A DNA stretch of 64,000 nt from a virus. A program made the position numbers and the translations under genes. Location of the stretch: IMG/VR virus record IMGVR_UViG_3300010396_000002, positions 91,560 through 155,559 of that record; one strand, 5' to 3'. Position 1 is the stretch's first letter; each line of letters opens with the position of its first letter. Below are positions 45,731 through 54,444 of this stretch, piece by piece. Under the pieces are notes generated by a model. That model was given only the letters and a program-made list of their open reading frames with translations. It searched no databases and was not told where the DNA came from.

Positions 45731-46663
45731 TCAGAGAGTGCCCACAGGCGCGGGCGCGTTGTAGAGGGTCGCCCACTGGATCGCGCCGTTGCTGCGACGG
45801 ATCCAGTAGATGGCGACGTTCTTGAGGATGTACCGGAGCCCCTCCTGGGAGGCGATGACGGGCGCCGATGATCCAGCCGGAAGCGCGCTCAGCGTCGCCA
45901 CGTTGCCGGGTAGGAGCGCATTGACGGCGGTCTGGTTGAGCGCGAGCTGGATCGTTCCCGACTTCGACAGCACCGGCGTCGTCACGGTCGGGTAGGTGAC
46001 CTTGAGGCACTGCGCGTTCCAGTAGGAGACGCCGAGCCCGCTCCCGATCGGGTACCAGCCCGGATCCCGCCGCTGGGTGACGAACACGTCGTAGTCATGC
46101 TTCGGCGGGATCAGATCGTTCGCGCCGGCGTTGCAGGTGATGGTGCAGGGGAAGATCGGGTCCGTGTTCGCCAACAGCCCGAGGTTCGAGAGGAGCGGCC
46201 CGATCGCCGTCGTGTTCCCCGCTGCGAACGTGTACCCACCGGCCGTGGTGAGCGAGAGCGTCTTGTCGAACAGGGGGCTCAGCCCCGAGTTGTGCAGCCG
46301 GCTCCCGGTGACCTCGTAGCCCGGCGTCTGGTCCAGACTGCCGTCGGCGAGCTGCGGTCCGGGGTAGTGCGGCAGGCCGTCGGGATCGACGATCATGATC
46401 TGCCCGCCGCCCGTGTAGAAGTGCGGCCCGATCGCGGAGTCGGGCAGGTCGAGAGCGAAGTTGGAGACCGGGATGACCGAAGGCCACCAGGCATTCGCGG
46501 CAAGGACGCCCGTGACCCCGACGATCCTGATCTGCTTCCCCGTGAACTGCCCGGCCCCGGAAGCCATCCAGACACGGATGCCGCCGGAGCCATTGTTCGT
46601 CACGCTGGTGATCGCGACCTTTGGGGCCGCGAACAGCCGGAACTGCGGGTAGTTCAGGATCAC
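45731..46663 (-). CDS. virion structural protein (putative)
   Basis: GTG start overlapping the upstream stop; ITSVTN...GVTG..ANA.W motif. Confidence 0.55.
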   Translation of the reverse strand: MILNYPQFRLFAAPKVAITSVTNNGSGGIRVWMASGAGQFTGKQIRIVGVTGVLAANAWWPSVIPVSNFALDLPDSAIGPHFYTGGGQIMIVDPDGLPHYPGPQLADGSLDQTPGYEVTGSRLHNSGLSPLFDKTLSLTTAGGYTFAAGNTTAIGPLLSNLGLLANTDPIFPCTITCNAGANDLIPPKHDYDVFVTQRRDPGWYPIGSGLGVSYWNAQCLKVTYPTVTTPVLSKSGTIQLALNQTAVNALLPGNVATLSALPAGSSAPVIASQEGLRYILKNVAIYWIRRSNGAIQWATLYNAPAPVGTL

Positions 46664-47619
46664 GTGGCAGGAGCGAGAGCCGGTTTGTCGGCGACGGGCG
46701 CCGGCGCTTCGGGCTGCATAGCCTCGGCAGGCGGAGGCGGGAGCGTGATGGTGCCGGCCCTGGCGGCGACCCCGAACGCCTTCCAGGCACCCTCTGCGTC
46801 GACCGTCGGCAGGGCCTCTGGAGGAGCGATCCCCAGACGCCCGACGCGGTAGAGCGCCATCGGATCGATGTGCCCGGCCACCAGGTTGCTGGCATCGTCG
46901 CGGCTCAGCGTGAACGTGACGGCGACCTCGGGGAGCTGACCGGCAGGCGGGTGCTGCATCACCTGCGGCTCGAGGGCCGTTCCACCGATGGCGACGAGCC
47001 AGGTCTCCGGCTCCGGCTCGCCGGTGAGCGTGAACGCGAAGAGCGTCGGCGGCCCGCTCGGCGCCGGTTCCATCTTGAGCTCGATCGAAGGCGCGCCCTC
47101 GTCGAAGCGCATCAGCCCGAACTCGAACGCCGTATGGTTGACCGCGAAGGCGACGACCACGTCGCCCTTCTGCGGCCCCAGCGCCTTGATGGTCGCCCTC
47201 GCGACATCGTCGAGCGGGCCGGGCTCCCGAACATCTTGCGTCGGAGCCCCGGCCATCGCCGGGGTCACCTTCGAGCTGGGCTCGACGGACCCGAGCGCCT
47301 GTACGTGGACGAAGGGGCCACACGCCATCTTGAAGAGCTGCTGCGCGACCGCGGGCAGCGCGATTGGTGGCCCGAAGACCTTGGCCAGTTGTTGCTGCCC
47401 GATGATGGAATCGGCCGTCGCGATGACGACCATCGGGGGCTCGTCGTTCTGCGATGTCCATTCCTCGAGCCTGGCGAGGATGACCGGGAGCGCCTCGATC
47501 GTTGCCTGCCGCAGACGCGCGGCGCGTCCGTGCGGAGGCTTCGGCAGGTCGGAGGCGGTGACCGAGAACGAGCCCTTGGCGGTGGTGAAGACGTAGGCGG
47601 GGGTCTGGGGTGTCGTCAT
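46660..47619 (-). CDS. hypothetical protein
   Basis: High-GC3 ORF in the operon. Confidence 0.6.
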   Translation of the reverse strand: MTTPQTPAYVFTTAKGSFSVTASDLPKPPHGRAARLRQATIEALPVILARLEEWTSQNDEPPMVVIATADSIIGQQQLAKVFGPPIALPAVAQQLFKMACGPFVHVQALGSVEPSSKVTPAMAGAPTQDVREPGPLDDVARATIKALGPQKGDVVVAFAVNHTAFEFGLMRFDEGAPSIELKMEPAPSGPPTLFAFTLTGEPEPETWLVAIGGTALEPQVMQHPPAGQLPEVAVTFTLSRDDASNLVAGHIDPMALYRVGRLGIAPPEALPTVDAEGAWKAFGVAARAGTITLPPPPAEAMQPEAPAPVADKPALAPAT

Positions 47620-47629
47620 GCGAGGCATC

Positions 47630-48280
47630 CTACAGGAGCGTGACGTCCATGACGCCGGCGCCGACGGTATCGCCGATCAGGAAGCCCCCCTGGTCGGTGC
47701 CGATCACGAACTGGTTCCAGCCAGGCGCCATGAGCTGGAGCTCCGACTGGATCTTCTGCATCAGGGGACGCAGATCCGAGGCGACAGGCGGCGGCTGGAG
47801 ACGCACGGCGAGGAGAGCGTTGGTGGAGAACCACTCGAAGCCAGGCGGCCCAGGGTAGGCGCCGGGCAGGTAGGTGATCTGCTGGGTCGGGGTCGCGAAG
47901 CCGAGAAACAGGTTTCCGGCGAGCTGCTGGACCACCTGGTAGAGCTGCGCAAGGTCGTTGCCGGCGAAGCCCAGGAAGCGAGCCCCCACCGCAGCGCGGC
48001 GGGCGACCAGCGTGTCGGTTGGCCCTGGCCGGAGCGAGCAGGCTTGCTCCCACGTCGGAAGCGTCTCCTGCATCGCAGGCGGGTACATCTGGTTCTTGAG
48101 GCGCTTGACCGCTGCCCAGGCGTTGCTGATCTCGACGGCCTCGGCCCAGGCCATCGCCTGGTTCACCGGGTCGTCCTTGTTGATGCCCGGATCGAGCGCG
48201 GTCAGGAGCGCCTGGTAGGCGACCTCGGCATCGTCCGGTCCGCCCCCGAGGGGAGCTGCGAGAGGGTACCCGAGCAGCAT
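47630..48280 (-). CDS. baseplate wedge protein (Mu gp48/YmfQ-like)
   Basis: ETLPTWEQACSL...RRAAV; downstream of baseplate J. Confidence 0.65.
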   Translation of the reverse strand: MLLGYPLAAPLGGGPDDAEVAYQALLTALDPGINKDDPVNQAMAWAEAVEISNAWAAVKRLKNQMYPPAMQETLPTWEQACSLRPGPTDTLVARRAAVGARFLGFAGNDLAQLYQVVQQLAGNLFLGFATPTQQITYLPGAYPGPPGFEWFSTNALLAVRLQPPPVASDLRPLMQKIQSELQLMAPGWNQFVIGTDQGGFLIGDTVGAGVMDVTLL

Positions 48281-48879
48281 CAGCGGTAGGCCTCCAGCAC
48301 GACGTGGCGCACGTTCTCGTGCTCGGTTCGGTTCACCTCGCGGACGGCGTACCTGCCCTGTTTCGAGAGCAGCACCTCGTGCTCGCCTGGGTGGACGGAG
48401 TGATCTGCGATCGGGAGGCCGTGCGCGCCCCGGATCTCGAGGATGATGCCATGGTCCCGCCCCTTCGGGGCACCGACGGCGCCGCGCGCATACCCGACGG
48501 CGACCTCTGGGCGCGTGCTTGTGCTGCTCAGCGCCTTGAGCCCGAGCACCTTCGACTTGAGGATCGCGTCCGCCTGTTTCTTGGTGAGGCCGCCGAGCCC
48601 CCGATAGACCGTCCCGACGTCCGACCCGTGCCAGGCGATCGCCTGGCTGAGATCCCTGACGATCTGCTTGGAGCCCGACGGTCCCTGACCCGTCTCGTCC
48701 GTCTTCCGGATGCGCTTCGTCGTCTGGTCGTCGGCCGTGAACGCCATGATCGCCCGCTTGTGCTCCGAGGTCAGCTCTCGTGGCGAGTCCGGCGCGTTCC
48801 TGCTTGGTAGCGTCGCCGTGTTCGTCGTGCCGACGACCCAGCGTCCGTCATCGCCACGCTCCTGGTCCTCCCAGCCCAT
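48280..48879 (-). CDS. ADP-ribosyltransferase (VIP2/C3-like R-S-E family)
   Basis: VYRG, LSSTST, EHEVLL; N-terminal RGDDGRW motif. Confidence 0.8.
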   Translation of the reverse strand: MGWEDQERGDDGRWVVGTTNTATLPSRNAPDSPRELTSEHKRAIMAFTADDQTTKRIRKTDETGQGPSGSKQIVRDLSQAIAWHGSDVGTVYRGLGGLTKKQADAILKSKVLGLKALSSTSTRPEVAVGYARGAVGAPKGRDHGIILEIRGAHGLPIADHSVHPGEHEVLLSKQGRYAVREVNRTEHENVRHVVLEAYR

Positions 48880-48885
48880 GAACCG

Positions 48886-49629
48886 TTAGGACCCCCCCTC
48901 GACGAGGAGCGGCACCCCGCCGCCGAGGTCGGAGAGCTTTACGATCGTTCCCCCGCTCGACCAGGACCCGGTCCACGTCGAACTCTGGAGGGTGAGATGC
49001 GAGCCATCGGTGACGGTCACCGTCCACGGCCCGTTCACCACGAGACCGCCGGTCGTGACGGCCCCCTGGATCATCACGTTGTCCCCGGTCGTGAAGGAGC
49101 CCGTGCTCGACATGCCCAGCTTCACCAACCCGCCGTTGGTCGCGGCGCTCGTGATCGCCTGCACGCCGCCGGGGTCGCTCGTCGGCACGTACACGGTGAG
49201 CACGTTGGTGCCGGCGTGCATCACCATCGGCGGCATAACAGTGTAGGGGGCCGGCCCGTCGAAGGAGCACCGAGCCCAGTTGAAGACCACCGTCTCGAGC
49301 TGGAAGGTCGTGTTGAGCCAGGTGCCCGGCGTCTGCGCGAGCGGGAGTGCCGTCGCCGTGTAGATGCCCGTAGCGGTCTTCGAGATCGTCGGGTAGCTCG
49401 AGCTCCCGGTGCCCCACTCCGCGACGCTCCATGACGGCACGACGGGTGTCGGAGCCGCCGTGGTCGTCGTCGCGAAGATCGTTCGCATCCGCGCGTATGT
49501 CAGCGAGAGCTGCGCCTGCGTGTCGGCCATCAGGTTGACCTGGGCCGCGCACCAGTCCGTGAGCGAGTTCGAGATGACCCGCGCGTCCTGCATCGGGGCG
49601 CCGAAGGTCGAGGCTGTAAGCTGTCGCAT
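48886..49629 (-). CDS. baseplate-associated structural protein
   Basis: Position; C-terminal TGD.V.I.G...NG.W.V repeat-type domain. Confidence 0.55.
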   Translation of the reverse strand: MRQLTASTFGAPMQDARVISNSLTDWCAAQVNLMADTQAQLSLTYARMRTIFATTTTAAPTPVVPSWSVAEWGTGSSSYPTISKTATGIYTATALPLAQTPGTWLNTTFQLETVVFNWARCSFDGPAPYTVMPPMVMHAGTNVLTVYVPTSDPGGVQAITSAATNGGLVKLGMSSTGSFTTGDNVMIQGAVTTGGLVVNGPWTVTVTDGSHLTLQSSTWTGSWSSGGTIVKLSDLGGGVPLLVEGGS

Positions 49630-49630
49630 C

Positions 49631-51163
49631 TCAGAACACCCTGAAGGCGAGGTTGGACGGCACGAAGATCCGTGGCGGGTCCATCGACGTGTCGGGGATC
49701 GGCGGCGTGATCACGCTCGTGGTCGTGCTTGCCAGGTAGGTGACCCCGAAGTCGAAGTTGCCGATCTCCGGGAAGCTGCTCTTTGGCAGCGCCGCGGCGA
49801 GCATCGTCACGGTGAGGTCGGACGGGAACATCACGTCGGTGCTCGGCTGCCGGAACGCGCGCGGGAGCAGCTCGGGCTGGTTCGTGATCTGCCCGGGGCC
49901 CAGCTTCGCGATCTCCGCGACGATGGCCGAGGCGTACTGCACGATGTTCTGAGCCCAGGCGCTGATGTAGGTGCCCGCCAGCGTGCCGCCGAAGCCGGCG
50001 AAGTTCCCGGTCACCTGGATCGAGTAGGTCCCGAAGACATCGATCACGTTCGACACGGTGAAGGGGCCGCGCATGATGCCCACGGCGCCGGTGTTCGGGT
50101 CGGTGAAGCTCGGATCCCAGAGCCCGATCTGGTTGCCGACCTGAGGCGGATTCGACACGTGCGAGATCGTCGCGATGTTCGAGCCCCAGAGCGTGATCCG
50201 CACGTCCTCGGTCGGCCACGTGTTCGGGTCGGTCCACCCGCCGCCAGCGCCACCCGCTCCGATGGGTGCCGGGAGCGTGAGCTTGACGGTGACGTCGACC
50301 CCCTGCGGCGTGACGCCGACGACGTTGATGTTCTCCTCGCCCGGGAAGACGGCCGCGATGGCGGCGCGCACCGTGTTGAGCGTGCCAGCGGCGGGGACCC
50401 GGTTCGCCGTCGCTGCCGTGCACGCCACGGTCGCCGTTGCTGCGCCGCCGGGGCCCGGAAAGCCGTAGGCGCCCTGCACGTCGGCCGTGGAGTCCTGCGC
50501 GGTCTGAACCAGCATGGACCAGTTGCCACCGACCGGAGGAGCGCTCAGCTTCTCGAGTAGGCGCTGCCGAAGCGCGTCGTCGCCGGCGGGGTTGGTCCCG
50601 TCAGGGTTGCCGTCCGCGGCTGTGCCGTTCGTGATCCCGTTGCCGTCGACGGCGAAGGTGACCTGGAGCGTACCGATCTCGGCGCTGTCCCAGGTGCCGA
50701 GCGTGCCCCCTGTCTGGTTGCCGGAGGGGCCCGCGACGAGGGCCTGGATGAGGACGTCGGCGCCAGTCGTGAGGCCGGTGTACGCCTGCACGGTCTTGTA
50801 CTGCTGGCTCCCGATCGTCGCCGTGAAGTTCGCCGGGATCGGTGTCGGGCCCGAGCAGGTGATGAGCCCGCCGCCGGAGGCGAAGCCAGCGGGTCGCGGG
50901 AACACACCGAAGACCGCGCACAGGTTGATCAGATCCTGGCCCTTCGCCTTCAGCGGGTTCGCCGCGTCCTCGGAGAGCTGCCCCGACGCGATGGCGATGG
51001 CCGTCTGCTTTGTGTAGGCCAGCGCCCGGTTATAGAGCTCCCCGCCGACGCCGAGGTTGGCCTTGATGTTCTGGCGGCTGAACGCATAGCTGAGCGTGTT
51101 CAGGAAATTCGAGAGCAGCTTGCTCGGCGCCGGCCAGGCGATGGAGGGGGCTTGCGTCGTCAT
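49631..51163 (-). CDS. baseplate J-like protein
   Basis: A.GQDL...GV.PRPA, AGPSGN, DDALRQRLL...P.GGN. Confidence 0.85.
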   Translation of the reverse strand: MTTQAPSIAWPAPSKLLSNFLNTLSYAFSRQNIKANLGVGGELYNRALAYTKQTAIAIASGQLSEDAANPLKAKGQDLINLCAVFGVFPRPAGFASGGGLITCSGPTPIPANFTATIGSQQYKTVQAYTGLTTGADVLIQALVAGPSGNQTGGTLGTWDSAEIGTLQVTFAVDGNGITNGTAADGNPDGTNPAGDDALRQRLLEKLSAPPVGGNWSMLVQTAQDSTADVQGAYGFPGPGGAATATVACTAATANRVPAAGTLNTVRAAIAAVFPGEENINVVGVTPQGVDVTVKLTLPAPIGAGGAGGGWTDPNTWPTEDVRITLWGSNIATISHVSNPPQVGNQIGLWDPSFTDPNTGAVGIMRGPFTVSNVIDVFGTYSIQVTGNFAGFGGTLAGTYISAWAQNIVQYASAIVAEIAKLGPGQITNQPELLPRAFRQPSTDVMFPSDLTVTMLAAALPKSSFPEIGNFDFGVTYLASTTTSVITPPIPDTSMDPPRIFVPSNLAFRVF

Positions 51164-51582
51164 CGCATCACCGGAAGGGTCATCGCCTTCGACGTGCCGA
51201 GGTTCGTGTACTTCACGAAGCCGAGCGTCGTCTCGTTGCCGTCATCGCCCATGGTGACCGAGAGACCCGAGATCGCGCCCTCCGTCACGAGGGCGCCGAG
51301 CGCGTTCAGCCAGGCCTGTTTCTGGGCGTTCAGGTTCTGCTCCGTGATGATGTCGAAGTCGATCCGGCTGTTCCGCACGATGAGCTGGACCCTCTGGTCC
51401 GTGCCGTCCATCCCGGCGACGTTCCCGCTCCCGTCGGTCGCCATCGCATAGCTCCCATCGATCGTGATGAGCCAGGCGACGACGTTGGTCGCCTGAGCAG
51501 GAACGGGAGTGGTGACGATGCCGCCGAGGGGGACGAAGCCGAACGGCGCAGCGCCGAAGCCGAGGGGACCAGAGGATGACAT
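51160..51582 (-). CDS. baseplate wedge/gp46-like protein
   Basis: Position between spike and J; AL..LV.EG.I. Confidence 0.55.
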   Translation of the reverse strand: MSSSGPLGFGAAPFGFVPLGGIVTTPVPAQATNVVAWLITIDGSYAMATDGSGNVAGMDGTDQRVQLIVRNSRIDFDIITEQNLNAQKQAWLNALGALVTEGAISGLSVTMGDDGNETTLGFVKYTNLGTSKAMTLPVMR

Positions 51583-51585
51583 GGA

Positions 51586-52248
51586 TCAGGGGACCGGGGT
51601 TCCGTTTACCGTGACGCCACCAGGCGCGACGATCGCGATCGTTCCGCCCGGCCCGAGAGTGATCGAGCAGGTGTGCACACCGTCGTCGTACGTGAGCAGA
51701 ACGAAGTTCTCGGTCACAGCGCATTGCGCCGAGATCGTACTGTTGGACCAGGACATGCCGCACCCCGTTGCACCTGCGACCAACAGCGTATCGTTGACCT
51801 GGACCGTGACCGTGCCGCCGGCGGCATCCAGCACGATCCGAGGGCTCGTCAGCGTCGTTCCGTCGCCGTAGAGCCCGATGGTGTCCGCCGCGCCGGTGCG
51901 CTGCTCGAGGTGGGCCTTGAAGCCGTAGGCGGTGATGAAGCGGTCGGTCGGGAGCGGCGCAGCGCCTTGCCATGTAGCAACCTGGAGCCACTCGCGCTCG
52001 TCCCGCCCGAAGGCAACGACCTTGTCCTGACCGATCGTCGCGGTGAACACACGGGCGGCTGCTCCACCGCTAGCCGCCGAGGCAAACCCCCCGAGGAACC
52101 CACCAGGGCAGAGCACCGGAAGAGACGCGCCGACGCCGGCATTCGTGGTCGAGTCTCCCACGTTGAGGGTCGGCCCGCCCGACTCCATCCCCGCGGCGAT
52201 GCCACAGAGCGGCTCCCAGTCGATCCAGTCGTCGTCGCCGCCGCTCAT
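51586..52248 (-). CDS. baseplate spike (gpV/gp45-like)
   Basis: Position after hub; beta-strand C-terminus ending VTVNG. Confidence 0.55.
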   Translation of the reverse strand: MSGGDDDWIDWEPLCGIAAGMESGGPTLNVGDSTTNAGVGASLPVLCPGGFLGGFASAASGGAAARVFTATIGQDKVVAFGRDEREWLQVATWQGAAPLPTDRFITAYGFKAHLEQRTGAADTIGLYGDGTTLTSPRIVLDAAGGTVTVQVNDTLLVAGATGCGMSWSNSTISAQCAVTENFVLLTYDDGVHTCSITLGPGGTIAIVAPGGVTVNGTPVP

Positions 52249-53495
52249 GATCCAGGTGGCTCCCCCACCACGAGCGCGCCCTTCGGGATGAGCACGAGCT
52301 CGGTCCACTCGCCGTCGTTGGCGGTGAGGTGCAGCGTGCGCTCAAGCAGAAACATGCTCTGGTCAAGCGCGCGGGCGTCGACACGGACGCGGCCGCACGT
52401 GCCCACGGTCCAGACGCCGCCTGTGAGGGCGGACGTCATTCCATCGACGCGGCCCTTCACCACGAAGGCGTGCTGGGCCCTCGACCCGAGGATCAGGAGG
52501 GCCGCGTTCATTGCCTTCTTCGCGTCGCCCGAGAATTTGTCCTTCTTGAAGAGCGGCTTGTACGGGTGGACCGAGCTCGAGTACGCCGACAGCGACGGGA
52601 AGTCGTCCAGTTCGATCGCCTTGACCGAGGCCTTGGGCCTCGAGACGTTGTTCACCGGCCCCGCGTCGCCGACCTGCACCTGCGCTTGCTGCCCGGTGAC
52701 GTTGACCTCGCTGTACTGGCCCTTGTTGCTGCTCGTGATCTCGACCTCTTCGTAGAAGACGTCGAACCCATCGGGCAGCGGGCTGTCTGGATCCGCTGGA
52801 AGACCGACCTGGAAGGTGTTCGGCTGCGTGAAGTCGGGCTGAACCAGGCGGATGTTGCCGTCCCCGTCGGTCAGCATCACGACCCCGCAGCGGGTCACGA
52901 TCTTGTGGAGGAAGGCCGCGCACGTCTCGCCCTCGTGAGCCGCGGCTGCCTTGAACTTCATCGCGGAGACGGGGAACGGCGGCGCGGTCCCGCCTGGCAG
53001 CGGCTTGCCGGAGAGCGCGTCGATGTGCGCCTGCGAGTCGGCCAGGACAGACAGCGCCTGCCCCGGCAGCGAGGCCATGATCGGCTGGAGCACCGCGAGC
53101 ACAACCCCCTCGACGCTCTTGTCGGACGCGGAGCGGATCGAGTCGTCGGGGTCGACGTTCGCCTCGTGCGCCGTGCAGAGCAGGCTCTGGCAGCTCAGCG
53201 TCAGCGTTGCCGAGCCCTTGGCGCTGTACTTCTCCTTGACCTCCTGGATCAGGAAGCTGCCCTGCGTCGCGCCGGCGATCGAGAGCTGCACCTCCTCGCC
53301 CTTCTGCAAGCCGGCGAGGTAGTCCGAGAACGCTGGATCACCCGCCGCTGGGTTGAGCAGTGGTGAGACCTCGATCTCGACGGAGCCGAGCGGGTCCATG
53401 AACCCGTCCTTCAGGGTCGCGCTCATGCACGTGTCGATGGTCAGCCCCGTCCTTGGGTTCACCAGGAGGAAGCGGTTGCGCGCAGGAATGGTCAT
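52245..53495 (-). CDS. baseplate hub (Mu gpP-like)
   Basis: GET..FL......GV...TDGDGN; C-terminal TELVL. Confidence 0.7.
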   Translation of the reverse strand: MTIPARNRFLLVNPRTGLTIDTCMSATLKDGFMDPLGSVEIEVSPLLNPAAGDPAFSDYLAGLQKGEEVQLSIAGATQGSFLIQEVKEKYSAKGSATLTLSCQSLLCTAHEANVDPDDSIRSASDKSVEGVVLAVLQPIMASLPGQALSVLADSQAHIDALSGKPLPGGTAPPFPVSAMKFKAAAAHEGETCAAFLHKIVTRCGVVMLTDGDGNIRLVQPDFTQPNTFQVGLPADPDSPLPDGFDVFYEEVEITSSNKGQYSEVNVTGQQAQVQVGDAGPVNNVSRPKASVKAIELDDFPSLSAYSSSVHPYKPLFKKDKFSGDAKKAMNAALLILGSRAQHAFVVKGRVDGMTSALTGGVWTVGTCGRVRVDARALDQSMFLLERTLHLTANDGEWTELVLIPKGALVVGEPPGS

Positions 53496-54442
53496 GCCGC
53501 GCTCGCGTAGTACCTGAGCGTGCTGCGCTTCGGTACTTCAGGCTGGCCGAGGTAGGTCACGTTGAGCTTGATGATGTCGGAGAGGTCGTTCCCGGTCTGC
53601 GCTGCGAACTGGTCCAGCGTCGTCGGCTCCGAGAGCGTGCGCGAGGCCACAGGCCGGCTCTGCTGCGCGATCGTGACGGATGCCTGCACGAGGTAGGCGC
53701 GGAACGAGAGCAGCGCATCATCCGCCTGCCATGTCAGCACGCTGTCGAGCGCGTTGATGGCGTCGATCATTGTATCGACGATGCCGACCAGGCTGTTGAT
53801 GGCGCCGAGCACGGCGGAGGTGAAGGAGAAGACCGACGAGGCGATCGAGCCCCAGAGGCTCCTCAGGCTCACGGTCGACGTCGACGTCAGCCCGAACTGC
53901 GTCAGCACCATCATGCTTGGAAGGCTCGAGGCCGCGGAGACGTTCCAGTAAGCGCAGAGCGCGTCGGCGTTCCCAGCCAGCGTCGCCGGGTCCGACGTCG
54001 TGATGTTGCCGAAGAAGGCGATGGTGGTGCTCGGGCTCTCGTTCGTCTCCTCCCACTGCGCCCGGACCAGGGCCCCCGAGAGGTTGTCGGCGGAAATCTC
54101 GAAGTGAACGGCCTTGAGCACCGCGCGTACGCGCCCGAGCAGGGGGTGGTCCAGGTTCCCGGCCTTCCCCGTCTGCATCGTCGCCATGACGGCCTGGTAG
54201 TATTCGGGGAACCAGCGCGCGTAGCCGTTCGGCACCGGGATGGTGCAGGTGTTGATGAAGTAGAGCTCCAACTCGAAGGGGCTCGAGTCCCGGCCGGTGT
54301 AGTCGTGGCCCTGGACGTCGACGTAGGGCCAGGTGCGGACGGCCTGCCGGAACTTGAAGTCCCCCGACATCTTCCGGTACTGGGGGAAAGGGTTGTCCTG
54401 CCAGGCCGGAGGCGGCAGGTCTTGAACGATCGTGGAATCCAT
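53492..54442 (-). CDS. Mu gpN-like DNA circularisation/tail protein
   Basis: WPYVD...YTGR, G.L.HP.LG; LysM-like C-terminus. Confidence 0.75.
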   Translation of the reverse strand: MDSTIVQDLPPPAWQDNPFPQYRKMSGDFKFRQAVRTWPYVDVQGHDYTGRDSSPFELELYFINTCTIPVPNGYARWFPEYYQAVMATMQTGKAGNLDHPLLGRVRAVLKAVHFEISADNLSGALVRAQWEETNESPSTTIAFFGNITTSDPATLAGNADALCAYWNVSAASSLPSMMVLTQFGLTSTSTVSLRSLWGSIASSVFSFTSAVLGAINSLVGIVDTMIDAINALDSVLTWQADDALLSFRAYLVQASVTIAQQSRPVASRTLSEPTTLDQFAAQTGNDLSDIIKLNVTYLGQPEVPKRSTLRYYASAA

Positions 54443-54444
54443 GG

